Assembly: GCA_965212015.1 (NCBI GenBank)
Contig: OZ243037.1
Span: 1,440,001 to 1,504,000 of the forward strand
Length of the DNA: 64,000 bases
Direction of reading: 5' to 3'
Origin: Cenarchaeum sp.
Lineage (GTDB): Archaea > Thermoproteota > Nitrososphaeria > Nitrososphaerales > Nitrosopumilaceae
Shown here: piece after piece, positions 19,678 to 29,221 of the stretch
How positions within the stretch are numbered: the stretch's first letter is position 1
How the letters are laid out: each line of letters begins with the position of its first letter
Notes under the pieces: model-generated
The model's database searches: none
Told to the model about the DNA's origin: nothing
What the model saw: only the letters and a program-made list of their open reading frames with translations
Made by a program: the position numbers and the translations under genes

Positions 19678-20726
19678 TATTTCTCAACGATATACTCGTC
19701 AGAGACCTCCATTCCGAAATGCCTTCCGGTTGCAGGTGTGCAGTGGACCAGCACGGTGTCGCCCTTTTTGAGGTGCGTGACTGAGACCAGGCGGCCGTTT
19801 GGCTTTACAAACCGTATCGTCTCTGCGTCCTGCGCGATTATTCCGCCTATCTCGCCTCCGATCTTTGCCTTTATCATCAGCATCGGCCTCCGCTCCACCT
19901 TTGATCTTCCGACAGTCGCCCGCCTTGCCTTTCCCTTGGAATCCAGTATGAGCACCTCTGTTCCGGTCTCTATCTCAGAGAGGTATCTAGTAGTGCCGTC
20001 GGTGCCCAGCGTATAGCAGTGTACCGCGCCTGCGTTCACCCGAAACGGCCTCGGCGACGTAAAGGAGGATCCCACCGACTCGTTGTGGACCAAAAACATA
20101 AAGTTCGACCTGTTTCCCACCAGCATGCCCTCGCCCCTGTGGAGCATCGAGGCAGTGTCCACGCAGACGCGCTCGCCGTCGCCGACCTCCTTTATCTCTG
20201 TAATCTTTGCCGTGCCCAGCTCATAGCTCCGGGATCCCAGGTATACGAGGGCTTCCCTTACCTCGCCTATCGAGGATGCGGCAAATATCGCACCGTCCAC
20301 CCCGATTTCTAATATAGAGAACATCTTTCTGACCTCCTCTGGGCTTTTTGCAATGGCAAATATCTTTGTGTGAATCCTGTGCAGCTTTGCAATAATGTTC
20401 TCTAGCGGGATTATCTTCCAGTCCCTTACCTCCACTATTACAAAGTCAAGCCCCTTTTTTGCCTCATTTAGCACGTCTTCAATGTCGTCATTGGAGCGCA
20501 CCTTGAATCTGCGGCCGGCCTTTCTGCCCCTGGGTTTTGGCGCATTTTTGTCCAGCACCACGTACTTTGCCGCGCCAGACGTGTGTACGGTGTCAAGCTT
20601 TGAGCTGCCCAGATCCCCGGGATTCAGGTATACTGTACCTATGCCCTCTTTTTCCAGCTGGTGCAGAAATTTTGCCAGCTGCGCCCTGGGAACCTTTGGC
20701 GCAATTATGAGATCCTTTCTAGCCAA
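19677..20726 (-). CDS. 3-dehydroquinate synthase II (archaeal AroB')
   Basis: WKIIPLEN, GERVCVDT, RPFRVNAGAVH, YLSE, QDAETIR, GRHFG; probable TTG start. Confidence 0.93.
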   Translation of the reverse strand: MARKDLIIAPKVPRAQLAKFLHQLEKEGIGTVYLNPGDLGSSKLDTVHTSGAAKYVVLDKNAPKPRGRKAGRRFKVRSNDDIEDVLNEAKKGLDFVIVEVRDWKIIPLENIIAKLHRIHTKIFAIAKSPEEVRKMFSILEIGVDGAIFAASSIGEVREALVYLGSRSYELGTAKITEIKEVGDGERVCVDTASMLHRGEGMLVGNRSNFMFLVHNESVGSSFTSPRPFRVNAGAVHCYTLGTDGTTRYLSEIETGTEVLILDSKGKARRATVGRSKVERRPMLMIKAKIGGEIGGIIAQDAETIRFVKPNGRLVSVTHLKKGDTVLVHCTPATGRHFGMEVSDEYIVEK

Positions 20727-21501
20727 GCTTTTTTGCAACTTCCTTGGCAGTCTCGCCTCTGAAAATAATTCCGGCCAGCGCCTGCACCATTTTTGGCGGG
20801 TTTTTGTGCGCAAATATGTTGCGGCCGTACGTCACGCCCTTGGCGCCTGCACCCATGGCGTCTTCTGTCATTTGCAGCACGTCCATGTCAGTATTTGCCT
20901 TTGGCCCGCCGGCAATCACCACCGGCACCGGCGTGCTCTTTACAATTCTGGCAAACGAGTCGGCATCCCCCGTGTACAGCGTCTTTACAATGTCCGCCCC
21001 AAGCTCGGCGCCGATTCTTGCAACGTGGGCTACAATGTCCGGATCGTGCGGGTTTTTGATGTTTTCGCCGCGCGGATACATCATTGCAAGCAAAGGCACG
21101 CTCCACTTGTGGCACTCGCCTGCTATTGCCCCCAGCTGCTCGAGCATTTCTGGCTCTTCTTTTCCGCCAATGTTTATGTGGAGAGAAACCCCGTCTGCGC
21201 CGAGCCTGACGGCCTCTGCGACTGAGCCTGTCAGCATCTTTCTGTTCGGCGCACTAGACAGAATGGTACTGGACGAATAATGGACCAAAATGCCCGCCCT
21301 TGTGGGCCTCGGCATCGTCCTGAGAATACCCTTGTTTATAATCACGCTTGTCAGGCCGTGGCTCTCGCAGCCAAATATCACAGAGTGCGGATCCTCAAGG
21401 CCCTTCATGGGGCCGTTGGATATGCCGTGATCCATCGGGATGCAGAGCATCTTTCCCTTTCTCAGGATGCGGTTCAGCCTGATCTGTAATCCTGTTACCA
21501 T
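20719..21501 (-). CDS. 2-amino-3,7-dideoxy-D-threo-hept-6-ulosonate synthase (DhnA-type aldolase, AroA')
   Basis: PMDHG, MMYPRG, ELGADIVKT, AGGPK, GRNIF; first gene of aro operon. Confidence 0.9.
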   Translation of the reverse strand: MVTGLQIRLNRILRKGKMLCIPMDHGISNGPMKGLEDPHSVIFGCESHGLTSVIINKGILRTMPRPTRAGILVHYSSSTILSSAPNRKMLTGSVAEAVRLGADGVSLHINIGGKEEPEMLEQLGAIAGECHKWSVPLLAMMYPRGENIKNPHDPDIVAHVARIGAELGADIVKTLYTGDADSFARIVKSTPVPVVIAGGPKANTDMDVLQMTEDAMGAGAKGVTYGRNIFAHKNPPKMVQALAGIIFRGETAKEVAKKLG

Positions 21502-21619
21502 GGGTGATCTGCTTGTAGTGTCCTACTTAAAAATAACGTGCTTTTTTCTTGCGGCCTTTCCTGCGGCAAATCCCCTCTCAAGGATTAAATAAGCTCCAAA
21601 AAACGTCACATCAAGTTAA

Positions 21620-22738
21620 TTGAGCCAGATCATTGAGCAGCTTTATTCAAGTGAAATCGGGGACATACTTGACGATTCCCTTGACGGAAAGAGGCCCGGC
21701 ATGGACGGCTGCCTGAGGCTATTAGAGTCCGACGACGTGCACCTGATGGGGATGGTGGCAGGACACCTGACAAAAAAGCGCTTCGGGCGCAAGGCGTCCT
21801 TTGTTAACAACATTATACTAAACTATACCAACGTGTGTATAACTGACTGCAAGTTTTGCGCGTTTTACCGCCCCCCAAACGACAAGGAATCCTACACGCT
21901 CACCCTAGACGAGATAGAGGCGCGCGTCAGGACCGCGCGGGACATGTTCGGCATTAGGCAGGTGCTCATTCAGGGCGGGCACAATCCCGGACTCTCGCTG
22001 GAATACTATGAGGACGCCTTTAGGATGATCCGCTCAAAGTACCCCGAAATAGGGATACACGGCCTGTCGGCATCGGAAATTGACATGATAGCCAGAGTTG
22101 AAAACTCGTCGACCAAGGAGGTCCTCTTGCGGCTAAAGGAGGCCGGACTCCAAAGCGTCCCAGGTGCGGGTGCCGAAATTTTGGTAGACGAGGTCAAAGA
22201 TGTAATCAGCCCCAAAAAGATTACAAGCGACGAGTGGGTCAGGATTATGGACGAGGCGCACTCTGCCGGCCTGCCTGCGTCTGCCACAATGATGTACGGC
22301 CACGTAGAGTCAAACCGCGACATTGCAGAGCACTTGATCAGGATTACGCGGCTGCAAGAAAAGACCGGCGGATTTATGGCATTTATTCCGTGGAGCTTTG
22401 AGCCAAACAACACGCTCATGCAGCAGGAGCATACGGTGGAGTATGGCGCCGGCGGAAACCAGCTGCTAAAAATGATTGCGATATCGCGGATCTGCTTTGA
22501 TGGCCTCATACCGCACATACAGTCGTCATGGCTTACAAACGGGGTCGGGATGGCCCAGGCGGCCCTGCGGTACGGGGCAGATGACTTTGGCGGGACGCTG
22601 ATAGGGGAGGAGGTCGTCTCGTGTACCGGCTCGCGCTCTACTGAGCTCACCGATCAAAAGATAATCGATTCCATCCGCCAGATTGGCTATCAGGTAGAAG
22701 AGCGCGACAATTTCTACTGTACCGTAAAGATGCACTAG
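21620..22738 (+). CDS. mqnC: CofH/MqnC-family radical SAM (cyclic dehypoxanthine futalosine synthase)
   Basis: NYTNVCITDCKFCAF, QGG, PGAGAEIL, ATMMYGH, FIPW, HIQSSW. Confidence 0.8.
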   Translation: MSQIIEQLYSSEIGDILDDSLDGKRPGMDGCLRLLESDDVHLMGMVAGHLTKKRFGRKASFVNNIILNYTNVCITDCKFCAFYRPPNDKESYTLTLDEIEARVRTARDMFGIRQVLIQGGHNPGLSLEYYEDAFRMIRSKYPEIGIHGLSASEIDMIARVENSSTKEVLLRLKEAGLQSVPGAGAEILVDEVKDVISPKKITSDEWVRIMDEAHSAGLPASATMMYGHVESNRDIAEHLIRITRLQEKTGGFMAFIPWSFEPNNTLMQQEHTVEYGAGGNQLLKMIAISRICFDGLIPHIQSSWLTNGVGMAQAALRYGADDFGGTLIGEEVVSCTGSRSTELTDQKIIDSIRQIGYQVEERDNFYCTVKMH

Positions 22739-24168
22739 ATGCCATAGCTTGCCCATCTGGAATCGACCAGCTCGGCAGTCGCCTGGTCTGCTGCCACCTG
22801 CTCCTGAATCTCCCTTTTGAATCCCTCTTCGGCGGTTTTCTGGGTGGCGTCGATTCCCAGCTTTGAGCCCAGGTTTACAAGCGGCGAGGCCGGATCCAGC
22901 GTGTCAGTTGGCGTATTGTCTATTATTATGGTGTCCCTTGCCGCATCGGCCCTGGTGGTGACTGCCCAGATGACCTCGTTTATGTCGTGGACGTTTACGT
23001 CCTCATCCACTATTACGATGATCTTTGTCAGCGCCAGCTGCCCCAGCCCCCACAGCCCCATCATGACCTTTTTTGCCTGGCCGGGATATCTCTTTTTGAT
23101 CGACACTATGGCAAAGCCCTGGAACCACCCGGATGCCGGCATTGCAAAATCGGCCACCTCCGGCTGGAACATCCTGACTAGCGGCAGAAACGACCTCTCT
23201 ATTACCTTGCCAATGTATGCGTCCTCCAGCACCGGCTTTCCCACCACGGTAGTCAGGTATACCGGTTCTTTTCGCCGCATCACCCCAGTCAGTGTAAAGG
23301 TGGGATACGGCTCCTTTGGGGTGTAATATCCGGTGTGATCCCCAAACGGCCCCTCGTCTCTGAGATCGGCAGAATCCACGTATCCTTCCAGAACAATCTC
23401 TGCGTTTGCCGGAACCTCCAGGTCTATGGTCCTGCATTTTACGGTCTTGATTCCCCGCCTTCTGGTAATGCCCGCAAACAGATACTTGTCCAACCCCTCG
23501 GGAACCGGGGCCACTGCAGAAAATACCGTTGCAGGCTCGCCCCCGATAATCACCGCTACATCAATTTTACCCCCGCTGATCTCAGAGTGCTGCGCGCCGC
23601 GCTTGTGCTTTTGCCAGTGCATCAGCGCGTGCGTGTCATCAAGTATCTGCATCCTGTATACGCCCAAATTTCTGACCCCAGTCTCCGGGTGCCTTGTTGC
23701 GACCAGCCCGAGCGTGATGAATCGTCCTGCGTCGTTTGGCCACGTTTTTAGTATGGGAATGTCCCCAAACGACGGGCTGTCTGACACCACCTGCGTCACG
23801 GGGCCGCTTTTTTCGGGCTTGGGAAACGCATCGCCCATCTTTGATAGCTCGGGCAGCTTTTTTAGCTTGCCGAACAGTCCCGGCGGGACGTCCATCCTTG
23901 TCATGTCCACAATCCTCTGCCCGATCTGCGTAAAATCCCCAGTCTCCAGCCCGATCTCCATTCTTTTCATTGATCCAAACGCGTTGCCCAGAACGGGCAT
24001 GCCGTACCCCCTTACGTCCTCGAATAGAACGGCCGGGCCGTTTGAGTACATTGTCCTGCGGAGAATCTCTGCAATCTCCAGGTCTGCGTCGACCTGCTCT
24101 TTTACCCTTTTTAGCTGGCCTGCGTCCTCCAGGGCGCCGATGAATCCCCGCATGTCCTCGATTGGCAT
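22735..24168 (-). CDS. ubiD: UbiD-family decarboxylase (menaquinone biosynthesis)
   Basis: NLGVYRMQ, EGPFGDHTGYY, KRYPGQAK, LDPAS, KLGIDAT. Confidence 0.9.
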   Translation of the reverse strand: MPIEDMRGFIGALEDAGQLKRVKEQVDADLEIAEILRRTMYSNGPAVLFEDVRGYGMPVLGNAFGSMKRMEIGLETGDFTQIGQRIVDMTRMDVPPGLFGKLKKLPELSKMGDAFPKPEKSGPVTQVVSDSPSFGDIPILKTWPNDAGRFITLGLVATRHPETGVRNLGVYRMQILDDTHALMHWQKHKRGAQHSEISGGKIDVAVIIGGEPATVFSAVAPVPEGLDKYLFAGITRRRGIKTVKCRTIDLEVPANAEIVLEGYVDSADLRDEGPFGDHTGYYTPKEPYPTFTLTGVMRRKEPVYLTTVVGKPVLEDAYIGKVIERSFLPLVRMFQPEVADFAMPASGWFQGFAIVSIKKRYPGQAKKVMMGLWGLGQLALTKIIVIVDEDVNVHDINEVIWAVTTRADAARDTIIIDNTPTDTLDPASPLVNLGSKLGIDATQKTAEEGFKREIQEQVAADQATAELVDSRWASYGI

Positions 24169-24268
24169 AATGGAGCTGGATTTTTGCAAAGTATAAGCTT
24201 AACTGGATTCGTACAGGCAGGATTCGGCAGGCTGTGTAGATGCGTTATAATTAGAGCCGGATGAACGG

Positions 24269-24505
24269 ATGCCGTTGGGGGATAAAAAATGCGCAGTATG
24301 CAATGGCGAGGGGACCATAAAGCTGCTCGGCTCGCAGTGCCCGTTTTGCAACGGCACAGGCGAGTTTACAAGCACGGCAAAGGCGTACCTCGAGTCCCAC
24401 ATATGCCAGTGCATCTTTTTGGACAGGAAAAAATGCCCATTATGCGGAAAACGCTGCCATCACGACACGCCAAACAAGCCCAAGGTCCTAGTCGGGCCCG
24501 CGTGA
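24269..24505 (+). CDS. Small Cys-rich zinc-finger protein
   Basis: CAVCNGEG / CPFCNGTG (DnaJ-like repeats) plus CQC and CPLC..CHH. Confidence 0.7.
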   Translation: MPLGDKKCAVCNGEGTIKLLGSQCPFCNGTGEFTSTAKAYLESHICQCIFLDRKKCPLCGKRCHHDTPNKPKVLVGPA

Positions 24506-24507
24506 GT

Positions 24508-24888
24508 CTATTCTATGGGCGGAATTTCGCTTTTCCTGCCGTGGCCGCCGGAGCCGAACTTGCAGTAAAAACACATGTCTGACTGCATGTGGGCGAGCTG
24601 CTCGACCTGGATTGCGCCCACCTTTAGCGCGATTTTTGTGAGCAGCTTGTACTTTAACGGCATTGCGGGAATTACCTCGTTTATGTACACCATATAGTGA
24701 TCCGGGCAGAACTTTAACGTCACCCTGCTTGGCTCCCCACCCTTTTGGTTTACCTGCTTTGTAAAATTAATCTGCTCCCTGATGTACTCGTGCTTGGGGC
24801 ACGGGCAGTCCTTTCCCCCGGGATGCTTGTATGCCGGGGTGTTCTTCCAGTCGAATCCGGGATACTCTTTTTCAAAATCATCCAACAC
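24508..24888 (-). CDS. Hypothetical protein with Cys motifs
   Basis: 126-aa ORF, CPC, CPDH, CFYC. Confidence 0.65.
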   Translation of the reverse strand: MLDDFEKEYPGFDWKNTPAYKHPGGKDCPCPKHEYIREQINFTKQVNQKGGEPSRVTLKFCPDHYMVYINEVIPAMPLKYKLLTKIALKVGAIQVEQLAHMQSDMCFYCKFGSGGHGRKSEIPPIE

Positions 24889-25050
24889 GCATGTTATGCC
24901 CTCTATGTTTATAAAACTTGGTTTGCCCTACAGCGGGGCCGGCACCCCTTTCCAGCCCGGACACGAACCCTGAAAACCCCGGTTTTTGCGCCGTACCGCA
25001 GATCGGCCTGTAACAGAAAACTACTTTTGTAGCGAGACACGACTGGTCTC

Positions 25051-25242
25051 ATGCGGCCAGGCATTGCGTGCCCCAACTGCGGGGAGGACGAATGGCTCGA
25101 AAACCCGAACCTGCACTATCTTCCCAGGGTTGACCGGGACGGGGACGGGGCATACACGGCAGATGCCAGCAACGGGATTCACGTGAGGATATGGCGGTGC
25201 AACAACTGCATGTTTATAATGCCGTTCTGGGAGCCCGACTAG
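25051..25242 (+). CDS. Small zinc-ribbon protein
   Basis: CPNCG...CNNC, 63 aa. Confidence 0.65.
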   Translation: MRPGIACPNCGEDEWLENPNLHYLPRVDRDGDGAYTADASNGIHVRIWRCNNCMFIMPFWEPD

Positions 25243-25305
25243 GCAGTCACGGGGCAGGCGACGATCAAAATGTAAATAAAGTGCATCCTGTCTAAAAAAG
25301 GCCGT

Positions 25306-26058
25306 ATGGCTACAAAAAAATCTTCAAAGTCTAGCAAAAAAGACCTTGAAAACAAGATTGCCAATCTTGAAAAGCAGCTAAAGCAGATGGCTATGGCGTC
25401 AAAGTCAAAGCCGGCTCCAAAACCAAAGCCAGCAGAGATCAAGCCCGCTCCAAAACCAGAGCAGGCAAAAGCGGTGCCAAAACCGGCAAAAAAACCAGAT
25501 GCGCCAACGCTTGCAAACAACTCGCAGGCACTGGAGGTCATCTACAGGGATTCCGCAATGTCAAACCCGTTTGACTACAAGACAAAGACTCCCGGTTATT
25601 CGCCTGGTCCGAACAGATACTTTGAGAGGCTGCATGCAAAGAGGGGCAGTGCGCCCACTACTGACTGGAACTTTCAAAAGGCCAAAGTCACGGGGTATAC
25701 CGCACCGTCCAACAATTACTTTGCAACAAGACAGCGACTGGCATACCATCCCGCCGACAAGCGTTTTGACGGGTTTGGATACAAGATAGAGGGCGTAGAG
25801 GCACCCACACAGACGCAGCAGGCCCCGCCCCCGCAGCCACCAAAACCGGATGCGGCACTGCCAAAGGAATCGCCTAGCAGGGGCACTGCCCCAAAGAGCG
25901 ATCTGGATGCATACGAGGCGGACTATCTTGCAAGGCTGGACAAGGATGCACAAGAGGCGCGCGAACTAGAGGCGGCAGCAAGGGAGCTGGTAGCCAAGAA
26001 ACGATCCGAGAATCCAAGCGCTTCGTCTTCAAAGGGCACACTACCAAAGGGTTTCTGA
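25306..26058 (+). CDS. Hypothetical low-complexity (Lys/Pro-rich) protein
   Basis: 250-aa ORF; coiled N-terminus, PK-rich linker, internal repeat GYSPGPNRYF / GYTAPSNNYF. Confidence 0.75.
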   Translation: MATKKSSKSSKKDLENKIANLEKQLKQMAMASKSKPAPKPKPAEIKPAPKPEQAKAVPKPAKKPDAPTLANNSQALEVIYRDSAMSNPFDYKTKTPGYSPGPNRYFERLHAKRGSAPTTDWNFQKAKVTGYTAPSNNYFATRQRLAYHPADKRFDGFGYKIEGVEAPTQTQQAPPPQPPKPDAALPKESPSRGTAPKSDLDAYEADYLARLDKDAQEARELEAAARELVAKKRSENPSASSSKGTLPKGF

Positions 26059-26073
26059 CCCGAACAATCTTTT

Positions 26074-26535
26074 TTATTTTATTGCAAACGCCTCTAGGAC
26101 GTCCCTTGCGTGTCCTGCCGGCTTTACCTTTGGATACACCCTGAAGACCTTTCCCTTTTCGTCCACAAGAAAGGTGCTTCTCGCCACGCCCATGTATTCG
26201 CGGCCCATGAACTTTTTCTTGCCCCAGACGCCGAATTTCTTTGAAATGCTCTTTTCAGTGTCTGCAAGCAGCATGTACGGGATTTTCATCTTTGTACAGA
26301 ACTTTTTGTGCGAGTCCACATCATCCGGACTGACGCCTATTATCTCTATTTTGGCCTTTTTGAACTTTGAATGGTCCCTGGAAAACTCGTCGGCCTCTGT
26401 CGTGCAGCCCGGGGTAAAGTCCCTGGGATAAAAATAGATTACGCATTTTTTGCCGTATAAATCGGAGGATTTGACAAGGTTTCCGTCCGCATCCTGTGCT
26501 TTGAACTTTGGAACCGAATCGCCCTCTTTGATCAT
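26074..26535 (-). CDS. bcp: Peroxiredoxin BCP/PrxQ
   Basis: YFYPRDFTPGCTTEA, GVSPD, RSTF. Confidence 0.93.
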   Translation of the reverse strand: MIKEGDSVPKFKAQDADGNLVKSSDLYGKKCVIYFYPRDFTPGCTTEADEFSRDHSKFKKAKIEIIGVSPDDVDSHKKFCTKMKIPYMLLADTEKSISKKFGVWGKKKFMGREYMGVARSTFLVDEKGKVFRVYPKVKPAGHARDVLEAFAIK

Positions 26536-26753
26536 TGTGTGTGGTACCATTCTGCGATTAATTATTTGTAGCTGCGGTTTTGCCCGATTGCGGGAATACA
26601 CGCATGTGGCAGAATCGGGGTGAGCGGGCTGTTTTCCAAAAGTGCGAGTTTTGCAATGTCCTGCTCCGCAGACGCTGCCATTCCAGCCGGCAGGCCCAGG
26701 TATCTGAATTCACAGGCACAAGATCCGGCCGCCTGGAAACCAGACCGTCTGGC

Positions 26754-27110
26754 TCAATTGCCCAGCTCGATGCAGACGGCGCCGTCTATTACCTCGACAT
26801 TATACATTATCAGATCGCCTGATTTGCGCCATTCGGGATTCTGCTCCACCCACGTGCTGCTCCTCTTCCAGGACTGCATGTTTGTCAGCTTGCCAGAGCA
26901 GACGTCAAACTCGTATCGGTGCATGTGGCACACCAGGTTCTCGCCGTTATAGTATCCCTTGTGCAACGAGGCGTACCTGTGCGGGCAGACATTGTCGCAC
27001 GCAAACAGCCTGCCGCCCCTCCTGCCGACCAGAATCTCCTTTTTTCCGACGGTATACTTTTGCATGGAATCCTCCTTGATGTCCGATTCGTCGCATATTC
27101 TGGTGGGCAT
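26754..27110 (-). CDS. Rieske (2Fe-2S) ferredoxin
   Basis: CPH...CHMH Rieske ligands. Confidence 0.88.
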   Translation of the reverse strand: MPTRICDESDIKEDSMQKYTVGKKEILVGRRGGRLFACDNVCPHRYASLHKGYYNGENLVCHMHRYEFDVCSGKLTNMQSWKRSSTWVEQNPEWRKSGDLIMYNVEVIDGAVCIELGN

Positions 27111-27142
27111 GATAAAAATAAAAAAAAAGATGTTATAAATTC

Positions 27143-27736
27143 CTACAGGTGTATCAGTCCGCCATGTCCCTTGGTGTGAGGTGACTGGCCGACAAATGAT
27201 CGCCTAAAGTGCCCTGAGGGCCTCTTTGTCAAAAGCTCCACAAACCATGCCTCGTGCTCTATCTCTTCTTGCAGTATTGCCTGCGCGATAGAGTACGTCC
27301 TGTGATCCTTGTTGGCAGTATAGTCGCACACCTCGCTCCATGAGCGAATCGCGCACCTTTCTGCCTCTAGCAGGATCTTGAGAATCTCCTCCACGTTCTC
27401 CCAGTCGTCGGGCAGATACGCGTCAGGACATCCTGCAAGGTCTGCAAACTTTCGGATGTCTCTGGGAAGCTCGCCTCCAATCTCATACAGCCTGGGAACC
27501 ATCGCCTCAAAGTGATTTCTGTCCTCGATTCTGGCGTCCTCGACTATCTCCTTGAGTCCTTCGCCGTCCCGGCCCGTACAGTGCATACGGAGTATGGTGT
27601 AATAGTAGTACGTGGTAAACTCTGCGCCTACGCCCGCCTGCAGCATCTTTCGTAGTTTTTCAAGATCAATGCCGTTTTTGACTATTACCTCTATTCCAAC
27701 AAGCTCTCCAATCTTATCCTTGTAGTTTGTCGTCAT
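27143..27736 (-). CDS. Dps-like (DpsL) ferritin-superfamily protein
   Basis: [48 protein letters not shown]. Confidence 0.88.
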   Translation of the reverse strand: MTTNYKDKIGELVGIEVIVKNGIDLEKLRKMLQAGVGAEFTTYYYYTILRMHCTGRDGEGLKEIVEDARIEDRNHFEAMVPRLYEIGGELPRDIRKFADLAGCPDAYLPDDWENVEEILKILLEAERCAIRSWSEVCDYTANKDHRTYSIAQAILQEEIEHEAWFVELLTKRPSGHFRRSFVGQSPHTKGHGGLIHL

Positions 27737-27778
27737 ACGCACAAAATCAGTCAGGGGCTATTTTAACTAGATCATGCC

Positions 27779-27797
27779 GCAGTATGCCCCATACTGC
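27779..27797. promoter_or_regulatory. Inverted repeat in divergent promoter upstream of dpsL
   Basis: GCAGTATG-CCC-CATACTGC. Confidence 0.4.
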
Positions 27798-27853
27798 AAT
27801 CCGGGCCGTCTGGCGGGCAAATTTTCAAATAAAGAGCGGCTAGACTAAACCAT

Positions 27854-28267
27854 ATGGGAATGGCACCATTCAAAGAAATGTCTGATCACCTCGACTCTGA
27901 ATCAGAAAAGCTAAGGGCCGCAGTCCGTGACGCGCTGGCAGACCCGGGGCGCCTGCCGGTGCGCGATATAATATCCGTCTATTTCCAGGTGACAAACCTG
28001 AAATCATACATGGTGATGCTAAGGGACCAGCTCAGAAAGGCTGGCACGGGCGGGGGGGATCTGCCTGCCAGGATTGCACGCATGGATGATTTTATCTCTG
28101 AAAAATTCGACGGGGAGCTGCATCCGGCAATCGTGTCGCGCCTGACAGAGTCAGTAGAAAAGACTACTACTGCCATGCGCTCGGGAACCGGTGACGAGGC
28201 TGCCGGATACGACGAGCTGCGCGAAATGATGAGTGTGAGGGAGTTTGTGGGCCAGTACGACAGGTAA
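27854..28267 (+). CDS. Hypothetical protein
   Basis: 137-aa ORF, operon-like spacing with next gene. Confidence 0.7.
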   Translation: MGMAPFKEMSDHLDSESEKLRAAVRDALADPGRLPVRDIISVYFQVTNLKSYMVMLRDQLRKAGTGGGDLPARIARMDDFISEKFDGELHPAIVSRLTESVEKTTTAMRSGTGDEAAGYDELREMMSVREFVGQYDR

Positions 28268-28272
28268 CGGCC

Positions 28273-29103
28273 ATGCTTGAGAATATTGCAGAAAGCCTGG
28301 TCCGGCTGGGGCGGGCGTTTGCAAAAGAGTATTCCGGTACGGCCAACATACAGGAACCGGTCCCCATAAAACCCGAATCGCTTCAGATGGATGCCGGTCA
28401 CCTGGAGAAAATTCACCGCTTTGCGTCGGATAATCCCATCTATTACAACTCGTACGAGCAGAGCATCGGCTCTGTGCCGTGCATTGTATACGAGGGCGAC
28501 ATTAACAGGTTCTGGCTGGGCAGCATAGCGCACGGCGCAAGCCGCGCGCCGTTCTCCCCCACGTGGATGCTCTCTGCGTACGTGCTGTCACTAGTAGCAA
28601 GGGATCTTGGCGCGCAGGAACTGGTAGATGTCGGCTCTGGGGACGGCCGCATTGCATACTGTGCTGCGATTCTGGGACTCGGGGCGCACGGAATAGAGAT
28701 CGACGGCGCACTGGCGGGGCTGCAGGGGCAGATTGCAGAATCCACGGGGGTGAGCTTTGATCCCGCCTGTACGGATGCGGCAAAATTCGACTATACGTCA
28801 CTGGGGCTGTCCCGTCCCGCATTTTTCATAGGGGGGCTGGCCCACATGGGCGGAGACGTGCTGGCGCGCGGACTGGTTGAAAAAATATCACATAACCGTT
28901 CCCTGAGGGATGCTGCGACAGTTGCGTTTACCGGTACGGTTTCTGGCAAATATCCCGCAGACCGGTACGGGCTGGCCGGATGGGGCCAGACAATCCGGGA
29001 CGCCGGAATGCGGACAGTCAGGAGGCTGTCGCTGCCGACTGTCTGGACCTTTCGCGAGCCAGACGAGACGCCGTACATTTTTGCCAGCTTTGCCCATTCG
29101 TAA
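28273..29103 (+). CDS. Putative SAM-dependent methyltransferase
   Basis: LVDVGSGDGRI motif I, GIEID motif II. Confidence 0.7.
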   Translation: MLENIAESLVRLGRAFAKEYSGTANIQEPVPIKPESLQMDAGHLEKIHRFASDNPIYYNSYEQSIGSVPCIVYEGDINRFWLGSIAHGASRAPFSPTWMLSAYVLSLVARDLGAQELVDVGSGDGRIAYCAAILGLGAHGIEIDGALAGLQGQIAESTGVSFDPACTDAAKFDYTSLGLSRPAFFIGGLAHMGGDVLARGLVEKISHNRSLRDAATVAFTGTVSGKYPADRYGLAGWGQTIRDAGMRTVRRLSLPTVWTFREPDETPYIFASFAHS

Positions 29104-29135
29104 TCCAAATTAAGCTTGGCCATTGAGGGGTGTCG

Positions 29136-29210
29136 GGACTCGTTGCATAGCATGGATAGTGCGAACGCTTGCGGAGCGTTAGGTCGCCGGTTCGAATCCG
29201 GCCGAGTCCG
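29136..29210 (+). tRNA. tRNA-Arg(GCG)
   Basis: Acceptor GGACTCG/CGAGTCC, anticodon arm AACGC-TTGCGGA-GCGTT, T-loop GGTTCGAATCC; no intron. Confidence 0.95.
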
Positions 29211-29221
29211 CCTTTTTCTGT

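Noticed and set aside
29136-29210. tRNA-Arg as att site of an integrated element
   Set aside because: No duplicated tRNA 3' end and no integrase seen in the window
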